Shown here piece after piece: positions 17,044 through 24,997 of a DNA stretch of 32,000 nt. A program made the position numbers and the translations under genes. This DNA comes from Candidatus Heimdallarchaeota archaeon. Its GTDB lineage: Archaea; Asgardarchaeota; Heimdallarchaeia; Heimdallarchaeales; Heimdallarchaeaceae. The stretch's first letter is position 1. The number at the start of each line of letters is the position of its first letter. Location: assembly GCA_030668875.1 (NCBI GenBank), contig DAOVER010000024.1:12428-44427 (forward strand). Reading direction: 5' to 3'. A model generated the notes under the pieces. It had not been told where the DNA came from. It worked only from the letters and a program-made list of their open reading frames with translations, and ran no database searches.

Positions 17044-18549
17044 TTAGAACTCAGCTGGTTGTTCTTGCTTGTCAATCTTGTCAGATGACCAAGATGTTCT
17101 CTCTTCTTTGTCGTAACTTACCATAATGTTTTCTCTGACTTTAGAGATACTTTCTTGAACATCAGCTGACAACCTTGTTTTGCGTCCTGGCTTTCCTCTG
17201 AATGGATCTGCGATATAGAAGAATAAGATTGTTTGATATGCTGTATTGAGTGGTTTGAGTAATGCAGACATAGGCAAATAACCAAAGATGAAGAAGAACA
17301 CAGCTACAACAGCTCCAAAGAGAGCCAATACACCAACATCAGTTGAGAGCGAAATACCAAACCAATATCGTCCAACAAAGAAACCTGCTACAACAAATAT
17401 GGCAAAGGTCATCACTGAGAATAATCCTTTAGCAATATTGACACCAGTTTTTCCTATGATGATATCTGCACCAGAATCTAATGCTAAATCAGAGGATCTA
17501 GCAATGCTTCGAATGAAGCCTTGTTTCTCTACAACTATGATTGTTAAAGTGTAGTAGTTCAGGAATTTAATAATCTTGAACAACCATTTGAAGAGCAGTA
17601 CGAATATGATAAATACCCAGTAAAGCACCTTTTTTATGATAGTAAAAGCTTTATAGAATTTTGAAGTTTCTTTGATCTTCTTCGCTCCAAAATATTGAAC
17701 TATTTTTACAATCCAATCAAAGAATGCCATGAACATTCCAAACATTACTATGCTTCCTTTTACTTTCCAAACTTCCTTCATAGCATAACGAATACTTGCT
17801 TCTTTGTAATTATTCCATCTTTTGAACATGCAAATATTGATAGCATCAAGGAAGTACATTGTTGTCCAGTAAATTGCCAGATACACATAAATAACAAGGA
17901 ATAACACTAACCATTGAACCCATGTTTCTTGATCACTTAACCAGGATAGGTTAATGACCCACACACTTGCTGCAGCTCCAAGAATGAATATTATAATTGA
18001 TGCAACAGCAAAAATCAGAATAGGAATCAACGTACGTTTATTTTCATTTACTGCTTCACAGCTTGTTTCGAATATTTTAGCTCCAAGAACTATTCTTCTT
18101 GAAACTAGAAGTATCACTACTATAAGCATAGCAGCAAGAGCTACTACGCCAATCCCTATCCAGATCGGTTTTAAGCCTATTATACAGTATATACCTCCAC
18201 CTAAGATTACTAGAGGAATTCCAAATACAACTACACTAACAAATTCAGCACCAACAAAACTCATAATCCATATTTCTAGATATGCTAGCAAAATTCCAAT
18301 TAGGAACAAAGCAGCGACACCACCGATTATCCAGTATTTCATTGCTTCTAAATCTGGAACTAGAACTGGAACTGTTGAGATATCTATATCAGCTATGAAA
18401 GCAATTGCATAATCTAAAAAACCAATACCCTCACTGGCAAAGTTTGTGATAGCATAAATCCCTAAGGCTAATGCTGCAAAAGCTAAAAGAGACCATAAGT
18501 AAAAGAATAATCCAAAATCTCTTACTCTTTTTTCTTCTTGTTCAGTCAT
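17044..18549 (-). CDS. choline transporter-like (CTL/SLC44/Pns1 family) multi-pass membrane protein
   Basis: About 10 TM. SRRIVLGAKIFETSCEAV, YWTTMYF...ICMFKRW, GSIVMFGMF and KIIKFLNYYTLTIIVVEKQGFIRSIARSSDL parallel conserved CTL segments (RIxxAxxxxxxAxxAV; WY; GSIAFGSL; LKFLNRNAYIxxAIxGxxFxxSAxxAxxL). Confidence 0.7.
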   Translation of the reverse strand: MTEQEEKRVRDFGLFFYLWSLLAFAALALGIYAITNFASEGIGFLDYAIAFIADIDISTVPVLVPDLEAMKYWIIGGVAALFLIGILLAYLEIWIMSFVGAEFVSVVVFGIPLVILGGGIYCIIGLKPIWIGIGVVALAAMLIVVILLVSRRIVLGAKIFETSCEAVNENKRTLIPILIFAVASIIIFILGAAASVWVINLSWLSDQETWVQWLVLFLVIYVYLAIYWTTMYFLDAINICMFKRWNNYKEASIRYAMKEVWKVKGSIVMFGMFMAFFDWIVKIVQYFGAKKIKETSKFYKAFTIIKKVLYWVFIIFVLLFKWLFKIIKFLNYYTLTIIVVEKQGFIRSIARSSDLALDSGADIIIGKTGVNIAKGLFSVMTFAIFVVAGFFVGRYWFGISLSTDVGVLALFGAVVAVFFFIFGYLPMSALLKPLNTAYQTILFFYIADPFRGKPGRKTRLSADVQESISKVRENIMVSYDKEERTSWSSDKIDKQEQPAEF

Positions 18550-18645
18550 GAATATTATTTCTATTCCTTATTCAAAAATGTTTGCTAGGATTGTAGTTGT
18601 AAGCACGTAAGAAGATTTAAGAAAGGATTCAGAGAAATACATAAT

Positions 18646-19554
18646 GTGAAGGTTGACCTTAATATTATTAGTCATGCAGTTTTAGATGATAAAATGTTTT
18701 TCACAGAAACGGGGAAAAAAGAAGTGAAAAATCAATTAGGGGGACCAGTTTCTTTTGCCTCTACTATTTTTCCTGTTTTATCAATTAAAGGGAGATGTAT
18801 AACTACAATTGGAAGAGATTTTCCAAAGGAGTACTTAGAGTATTTTTCACAAATCAAAAATTACCATTTTGAGTATGAATTTAGTGAAAAAACAACACGT
18901 TTCCTCCACAAAATTTACGAAAACTTTAGATTTTTATATTTATTAGAACAAGCATCAAATTTAGACGAATACATTACAGAATTTCCAGGCGCTAAAGGTT
19001 GTTTGATATCTCCTATTTATCATGAGGTTACATCAAAAACAGTAGATTGGGCATGTGAAGAACATGATTATATTGGAATAGATGTTCAAGGTTTTATGAG
19101 AGGTTTAGATGTAAATAACAAAATAGTTCTTCTATACAATCCACAAATATTATCAGAGTTAACTAAAAATGCAAGTTTCGTAAAATATTCTCTGAATGAA
19201 GCACAACATTATACCCAGAAGAAATCCTATATGGAAATCTTGGAAGGATTACCCTCTAATAATACACAAATAGTAACACTTGGTAGTGAAGGATTACTTT
19301 TTTCAAAAAATGAACAATACTACAAATTATCAGCCCCATATAGAATAGAAAGAGACCCTACAGGAGCTGGTGATGTACTTGTATCAGGCATTTTATCAAA
19401 ATTAGTAGAAACAGGTGATCTTGAAATATCGATTGCTTTTGGTATGGCTCTTGCTGCAGAAAAAGTACAGATGAATAGATTGCAACCCTTAGCTTCCAAT
19501 GATTATATGAAGATAGCAGAAAAAATACTTGAATCTTTGGAACAATTAAGATAA
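18646..19554 (+). CDS. PfkB/ribokinase-family carbohydrate kinase
   Basis: LGGPVSF, IDVQGFMR, KYSLNEA, IVTLGSEG and DPTGAGD motifs; GTG start. Confidence 0.9.
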   Translation: MKVDLNIISHAVLDDKMFFTETGKKEVKNQLGGPVSFASTIFPVLSIKGRCITTIGRDFPKEYLEYFSQIKNYHFEYEFSEKTTRFLHKIYENFRFLYLLEQASNLDEYITEFPGAKGCLISPIYHEVTSKTVDWACEEHDYIGIDVQGFMRGLDVNNKIVLLYNPQILSELTKNASFVKYSLNEAQHYTQKKSYMEILEGLPSNNTQIVTLGSEGLLFSKNEQYYKLSAPYRIERDPTGAGDVLVSGILSKLVETGDLEISIAFGMALAAEKVQMNRLQPLASNDYMKIAEKILESLEQLR

Positions 19555-19556
19555 AA

Positions 19557-20183
19557 TCAACTAAATAACAATTGAAGGCTTTTCATAGAATTTTCAATCA
19601 GACTAGAAATATCCAATTTACCTTCTTCATTTATTGCATTTGCTAGTACAGCATTTGTAACCGGATGCTTTGGTCCCAATAAATCGCATATTTCCGGCCC
19701 AGCTGAAATATCAAAGATTTTTAATGAACGAGTATAATCGATAATCTTCTCTTTATCAAAAGTGATCAAAGGTTTCAAAACTCTATGTTCTGCTGCTTGT
19801 TCGATAACAGAGATATTGGCTAAAGTTTGACTTGAAACTTGACCAAGACTCTCTCCAGTCCCAATATATTTGGCGTTTTCAATCTTAGCAATTTCTCCCG
19901 CCAATCTCAACATAAATCGTTTCATCAGTACGAAATAATACGAGTGTTTACATTTATCAACAAAGGTTTGAAGAATATCAGCAATATCAATTACATATAT
20001 TTTTTTCCACCCAAAAACTCTTGCAATTTCTTTGCTCTTCTCAATTGAATCTTCACCTGCAAAGTCAACATTAGAGAGGTGTAAAGGGATAATTTGATAA
20101 TCTTGTTCTTGAAGTAGATAACCCGCTATGCTACTGTCAAAACCACCACTCAGCAATAAGACTACTTTGCGGTTTATCATCAA
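19557..20183 (-). CDS. ThiI-like PP-loop sulfurtransferase, catalytic domain only (no THUMP)
   Basis: LLSGGFDS, KRFMLRLA, TGESLGQVSSQTLANI, KPLITFDKEKII and PEIC..GPKHP motifs; only 208 aa. Confidence 0.85.
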   Translation of the reverse strand: MMINRKVVLLLSGGFDSSIAGYLLQEQDYQIIPLHLSNVDFAGEDSIEKSKEIARVFGWKKIYVIDIADILQTFVDKCKHSYYFVLMKRFMLRLAGEIAKIENAKYIGTGESLGQVSSQTLANISVIEQAAEHRVLKPLITFDKEKIIDYTRSLKIFDISAGPEICDLLGPKHPVTNAVLANAINEEGKLDISSLIENSMKSLQLLFS

Positions 20184-20257
20184 GTTATCTGAATTTCAAC
20201 CTTTTAGAATGTTTAGATAAGGAAAAAATTCTTTAAGCATCCATTCTCATAAAATTC

Positions 20258-20692
20258 ATGGAAATTTCTAATTTCTCTATTGATATGTACGAAGATGTTT
20301 ACAGATTGTGGGAAATAACAGGTATTACTTTAGGTACTTCTGATACAGAAAAACAGGTAGCAAGAGTGTTAGATTATAACCCCGAATTATTCATTGTAGG
20401 GAAAGTAGAAGGTAAAATCATTGCTGTTGTAATGGGTGCATTCGATGGAAGAAGAGGATATGTACATCACTTAACAGTTGATCCTGAGTTTCAAAAGAAA
20501 GGATATGGGAAGGTGATTGTGGAGGAATTGCACAAGAGATTTCTAGAAAAAGGAGTGGTTAAGGTTCATCTATTTGTTGAAATTGAAAATGAAGGAGTGA
20601 TTGAATTTTATAAAAAAATGGGCTGGTACATAAGAGACGACCTTGAAATGATGAGTTATAATCCCGATAACAATTATTCTGATAAAAGCTAA
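20258..20692 (+). CDS. GNAT family N-acetyltransferase (YpeA-like)
   Basis: FDGRRGYVHHLTVDPEFQKKGYGK acetyl-CoA motif and N..VIEFYKKMG. Confidence 0.92.
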   Translation: MEISNFSIDMYEDVYRLWEITGITLGTSDTEKQVARVLDYNPELFIVGKVEGKIIAVVMGAFDGRRGYVHHLTVDPEFQKKGYGKVIVEELHKRFLEKGVVKVHLFVEIENEGVIEFYKKMGWYIRDDLEMMSYNPDNNYSDKS

Positions 20693-20744
20693 CTTAGAAT
20701 CAACAGAGAAATAATAGAAATAAAATAGAAAAAGGAGAATGGGT

Positions 20745-21515
20745 TTATACAGGAGATATTTCTATGTTGAGTATCTCTAAAATACTCACCATTTCTTTTA
20801 CATCTTCAACTGTTTTTACTCTCATTGAACTCTTAAACATACTAGAATTTAACTCTGATGCTACTTTGTAGATATTCCTTCTTCTCCATACATCCATTGA
20901 AGGATTATATAGGAGTATATACATTACATTTTTGTGCAAATCACAAAGAAGGTATGTATCAGCATATTCTAATCTCTTACCAATCATTTCTTTCAAAGAA
21001 TTATCTTGATTAACTCCAAAAATTCTGGGGATTTTTCCAGAGAACATATCAACCATTTTTAAGAAAACCTGTTTAATGGACGAAGGATTAATATCTGCTT
21101 CTGCGTTAAGACTTCTCGCTATTAGGGTGAAATAGGGTATAATGAGACCATAACTATCTAAAACTTCTCGTACAGCTGAGCCTTCAAACAGGAAATATGC
21201 AACACATAATCTGAATCCTGCTTGCTCTATTCTCACATCAGTTGATGAGGTTATTTCTGTTTCAAAAGGAATAGCTATAGCTTTCAAACTTTCATTATCT
21301 GGGACAGGGATTGGACCAAGCATTTTTGGTTTTTGGCTTCCATCCAATCTACCGATTGAAGACTTATCCATTTCAACAAGGGTCATACCTGTCATAACTA
21401 GTGTTAGAGCTGTATTTTCTTCTAATGTAGAATTATTGAACAATATTTCTGGTCCATAATCTTTGAATATACTGAACACCAATGTTGGTTCTTTGGAAAT
21501 GTTTGGATTTATCAT
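20745..21515 (-). CDS. uDENN/longin-like N-domain fused to a gelsolin-like C-domain (putative)
   Basis: LVFSIFKDYGPEILF at the N-terminus; PRIFGV...DTYLLCD...MYILL...long helix...RVKTVED at the C-terminus. AGGAG SD at 21523-21527 supports ATG 21515 over 21536. Confidence 0.6.
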   Translation of the reverse strand: MINPNISKEPTLVFSIFKDYGPEILFNNSTLEENTALTLVMTGMTLVEMDKSSIGRLDGSQKPKMLGPIPVPDNESLKAIAIPFETEITSSTDVRIEQAGFRLCVAYFLFEGSAVREVLDSYGLIIPYFTLIARSLNAEADINPSSIKQVFLKMVDMFSGKIPRIFGVNQDNSLKEMIGKRLEYADTYLLCDLHKNVMYILLYNPSMDVWRRRNIYKVASELNSSMFKSSMRVKTVEDVKEMVSILEILNIEISPV

Positions 21516-21528
21516 TATTTTTCTCCTT

Positions 21529-22518
21529 TTAATCATCCTTTATAGGTTCTTGATCTAAAGCAATTGCAATTTCAGGAATTTTGCTTAAGATTTCGTATTT
21601 AACTTGTTTTGGCATTTCTTTAGTCGGATCTCTATTCCGTTCTTCAATAAATGCTTGAAGGATTTCCTCGGCAAGAGATTGTGCTTTAGACTCACTATCA
21701 TCTCTACCAACGAATAATACTATACTCCATCCACTTACTTTTCGAATAATCATCTTCATAGCGCCTAGTTTTACAACATCCATCACAGATTCGCTTTCAA
21801 AGATAGTTGTAGCCATGATATTTAGTGCACTAATCAATCCGCCTAGCAATGTACTATCGTGCTCCTCAATGGAAGCATCAAAGGTATAGTCAAATGCGGG
21901 CACGCCTCCCTCTTGAAGAATAATAACTCTCCTTGGAGTTACATCTTCACGTAATGGTGTCCTCCCTGTCATTCTTGAAATAATCCAATCAAAAGCGGTA
22001 TAGAAAGTTTCTCCTGTTTTGGCACTGATTGGATAAATTGAAACAGAACGATTTATATCGTCCATAATTATTTGAAATGCTGGATCTTGAAGTAAATCTA
22101 CAAAAGGAACAGCATTTGGTTTGTCTATCTTGTTAGCAAGGAAAAGAATTGATGTCTTTTGAGGGATTCTATCAAGTAAGGTAAAAATATATTCAAAAGA
22201 AGCTTCAATATGTCTATTTGACTGAGTATCTATCACGAATACTACTCCATTAATCTCACCAAGAATATCTTGGAAGTAAGGACTTTCGCGAGCAGTTTCT
22301 TCACCTGCTTCAACAACTGAAAGAATGGTTGTACCATACTTTACATTAATGAAACAAGTAGATTGTTCAGGTTGTCCCTCAGCAATAGTTCCAAACATTA
22401 AACGATTAAGAACAGTAGACTTTCCTGAACCTTCTAGACCAAGAATAACTATTTGAGGGATTTTTCTATCCTTCTCAGACATCATCTTATCTCGTATAAA
22501 TGAGAGATAGTTGCTCAA
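21529..22518 (-). CDS. Arf/Rag-like GTPase with degenerate switch motifs, fused to a longin-like domain
   Basis: G1 GLEGSGKST, G4 NKID and G5 SAK are intact; G3 reads EAGEE; longin-like VIILQEGGVP...LLGGLISALNIMA. TTG start with a GGAGG SD at 22529-22533. Confidence 0.85.
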   Translation of the reverse strand: MSNYLSFIRDKMMSEKDRKIPQIVILGLEGSGKSTVLNRLMFGTIAEGQPEQSTCFINVKYGTTILSVVEAGEETARESPYFQDILGEINGVVFVIDTQSNRHIEASFEYIFTLLDRIPQKTSILFLANKIDKPNAVPFVDLLQDPAFQIIMDDINRSVSIYPISAKTGETFYTAFDWIISRMTGRTPLREDVTPRRVIILQEGGVPAFDYTFDASIEEHDSTLLGGLISALNIMATTIFESESVMDVVKLGAMKMIIRKVSGWSIVLFVGRDDSESKAQSLAEEILQAFIEERNRDPTKEMPKQVKYEILSKIPEIAIALDQEPIKDD

Positions 22519-23529
22519 TTATCGTCTTCCTCCCTCTACTTCAAGTGGGAACTTACTTTCGAAGACTTCTCCTAAGTTTCTACTTACTTCAGCAGGGTTC
22601 CTACTGAAATTCTCTAAAATTCGCAGTTGAATCTGTTGAGCTCTTGTAACTGGATCAATTGGGTCAATCATTACGGAAAGACAGTATGCTCCACGTTTAA
22701 CATGACTAACATGTTTTTTATATAAATTCTCTAATTTTATTGATTGAATGCTTTCCTTAGTTTCTACTGCGAACATTTTAGTTAATTCTTTTAATTTCTT
22801 AAAATCATTTGCTACAGTAGCTTGCTCATTGGGGTTACCAAAGATGGCTTCAGATATAATGGTACCTGAGATATCTGTCAATACAGCAGCACCTATCTTA
22901 ACTTTCCATTGCTGAGCACCGCAGAGCACATCAACTACCCAGTCCCACGCTTCATAGACACCTTGTCCTGTCAAAGCTGAAACTTTCTTAATATTGAATG
23001 GTCTGAGATTTCTTAGAAATTTATCTAATTCAAAATGTTCATTGATTTCAGATAATTCTTTAGAATTGGGTAAATCACTTTTGTTTGCTAAAAATAATAC
23101 AGGAGCATTTTGTTTTGCAAAGTTAATATAATGCCAAAATGTTTGTTTGGATTCGTCAAATCTTACATGATCAGCTGAATCTACCAAATATATCACAGCA
23201 TCAGCTCGTTCAATAAATTTTTTCCATAAACTCAATCTAAAAGGTTGATGACCTCCTAGATCAAAGCAAGTGAAGTTTAAATCTCGATATTGATAGTTTT
23301 CTAAATTAATTCCATAAGTGGGTCTAACAACGATATCCTCTTGTTTTAACAGTTTTTTAACTAGCGAGGTTTTTCCAGCTCTTTCTAACCCTAATAACGC
23401 TACACTAAATTTGTTTCTCCCAACCACTGACTCTTGTTGAGCTGTTGTATCTGTCCTAGTTTTCTTTTCTTGCTTCTCTCGCTTAGCTTTTTCCTGCATT
23501 ATACGTTTTCGAAATTCATAGAAAGACAT
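22519..23529 (-). CDS. Arf/Sar1-like small GTPase fused to a longin/roadblock-like domain
   Basis: G1 GLERAGKTS, switch I RPTYG, G3 DLGGH, VIYLVDSAD, G4 NKSD, G5 VSAL, GQGVYEAWDW; AGGTGA SD at 23534-23539. Confidence 0.9.
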   Translation of the reverse strand: MSFYEFRKRIMQEKAKREKQEKKTRTDTTAQQESVVGRNKFSVALLGLERAGKTSLVKKLLKQEDIVVRPTYGINLENYQYRDLNFTCFDLGGHQPFRLSLWKKFIERADAVIYLVDSADHVRFDESKQTFWHYINFAKQNAPVLFLANKSDLPNSKELSEINEHFELDKFLRNLRPFNIKKVSALTGQGVYEAWDWVVDVLCGAQQWKVKIGAAVLTDISGTIISEAIFGNPNEQATVANDFKKLKELTKMFAVETKESIQSIKLENLYKKHVSHVKRGAYCLSVMIDPIDPVTRAQQIQLRILENFSRNPAEVSRNLGEVFESKFPLEVEGGRR

Positions 23530-23573
23530 GTAATCACCTATCTTGTTGTCAGTAAAGGAGTTGGAACATACTA

Positions 23574-23696
23574 TCAGTACATTCTAATATCGTTCTCAAT
23601 CATTTTAATGTTTTCGCTACTTGTAATATCTTTTTTTACCTTTGTTAATATCGTATTTAAATCATTCCGAACTCTCAATTTGGGAGGGGGTTCCAT
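23574..23696 (-). CDS. putative 40-aa small protein (below the ORF-track cutoff)
   Basis: MEPPPKLRVRNDLNTILTKVKKDITSSENIKMIENDIRMY. The ATG lies 1 nt after the uppP stop, the ORF ends in TGA TAG, and it fills the intergenic gap. Confidence 0.4.
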   Translation of the reverse strand: MEPPPKLRVRNDLNTILTKVKKDITSSENIKMIENDIRMY

Positions 23697-23697
23697 G

Positions 23698-24522
23698 TTA
23701 ACTTGGTATCCATCTTAAAACAAATAAAAGGATAGTAAGAATACCCAGGATAATACATACAATTGCGAAATTATACTTGCGTGCAATAAGGAGGAATAAT
23801 TCCATAGTGAGATAGCCAATGATAGCAGTTATCAAAACAGCTAAAATAAGCATCCACCAATCAGCGGGGAATATGCTTTCATGATTAAATAGTTTAAATG
23901 TTAAATTAAGAATAAAACCTCCGAGTACAGCAGGTATACTCATAATGAAACTTCCTTTAATTGCATCTTCTTTATTCACCGATAACAGAAACAAACCACT
24001 CATTGTGACGCCTGATCTACTAATACCGGGGATGATTGTGAACCCTTGGAACAGACCAATAATTGTCATTTCTTTTTTTGAGAGATCTTCAATTTTCTTC
24101 CCCGATTTCTGTTGCTTTTTTGCATAGAAGAGCAATCCAGCTGTCACAAGAAGTGCAACACCAACAATTAGCATAACATACTCACCTATAGAAGGTTCAA
24201 GGTCTAGATAGTAAATAAATAAAAGATAGCAAGGTACACCTATGATTATTGTCCCGAGGGTGCTTAGAACTAAAAACCATCTCCATTGTACGGTTACAGA
24301 ATCCCTAACTCTTGGATTAATATAGAGAACTATTTCTTTGTGATACTTTACTGATACAGCAATAAGCGTCCCCAAATGAAGCCACAAGGCAAGATCTAGA
24401 GCACTAGTAGAAGGAACTCCTAGTAAAGTTGAAACAGTTATTATTTGTCCTTCAGAACTCACAGGTAACCATTCAAGAATGCCTTGAAGAAATGCGAGCA
24501 GTAGAAGTATCCAGAAAAGCAT
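23698..24522 (-). CDS. uppP: undecaprenyl-diphosphate phosphatase (BacA/UppP family)
   Basis: QGILEWLPVSSEG, HLGTLIA, GLFQGFTIIPGISRSGVT and SFIMSIPAVLG motifs. Confidence 0.93.
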   Translation of the reverse strand: MLFWILLLLAFLQGILEWLPVSSEGQIITVSTLLGVPSTSALDLALWLHLGTLIAVSVKYHKEIVLYINPRVRDSVTVQWRWFLVLSTLGTIIIGVPCYLLFIYYLDLEPSIGEYVMLIVGVALLVTAGLLFYAKKQQKSGKKIEDLSKKEMTIIGLFQGFTIIPGISRSGVTMSGLFLLSVNKEDAIKGSFIMSIPAVLGGFILNLTFKLFNHESIFPADWWMLILAVLITAIIGYLTMELFLLIARKYNFAIVCIILGILTILLFVLRWIPS

Positions 24523-24556
24523 CTCGAGAATAGAAGGAAAAAATGGTTATAAAAAT

Positions 24557-24997
24557 CTATTCTTGGCTAATTCTCCACCGAATGTATTCTTCTAGTTTTT
24601 CTCCAACGGGTACAATGTTTTCATTTTCCGCTATAGCGACTTCAAAGTTTTTTATTTTTAATAAAAGAATCCAACCTTCTCCATAAGGGTCGGAATTCAA
24701 GAGATTTGGTTCATTTTTTAGTCTTTCATTCTTTTCTAAAATTACTCCATTAAAAGGAGATTTTATTTGTCCTATCCATTTACCACTTTCATAAGTTCCT
24801 ATCACTTGATCTTTTTTCACTCGTTTCTCAATTTTCATTGTACGAACATATTCAATATCTCCAGCTCTTTTTGATACATAATCATCAACACCCAAAATAA
24901 CTTCAGTGTCAGATTTTTTCTTTATCCAAAAATGACCGGGTTCGCCGGTTACATAAAGCAGATTGTCAGGGAAGATATATTGTTCTATATTTATCAT
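24557..24997 (-). CDS. gcvH: glycine cleavage system H / lipoyl-carrier protein
   Basis: GHFW, LGVDDY, GDIEYV, YESGK (lipoylation Lys), SPFNG and N..L...PNLLNSDPYGEGW motifs. Confidence 0.88.
   Translation of the reverse strand: MINIEQYIFPDNLLYVTGEPGHFWIKKKSDTEVILGVDDYVSKRAGDIEYVRTMKIEKRVKKDQVIGTYESGKWIGQIKSPFNGVILEKNERLKNEPNLLNSDPYGEGWILLLKIKNFEVAIAENENIVPVGEKLEEYIRWRISQE

Noticed and set aside
16183-18412. Several plus-strand ORFs (147, 88, 69 and 152 aa) inside minus-strand genes
   Set aside because: They lie fully within well-supported genes; antisense frames of hydrophobic or low-complexity genes are often stop-poor.
20693-20744. AGAAATA(A) micro-repeats between convergent genes
   Set aside because: Low-complexity purine tract, best explained as a U-rich terminator region of the minus-strand operon.
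23434-23718. 94-aa plus-strand hydrophobic ORF spanning the uppP-GTPase gap
   Set aside because: It overlaps both flanking genes in antisense and runs against the operon; the 40-aa minus-strand ORF fits better.
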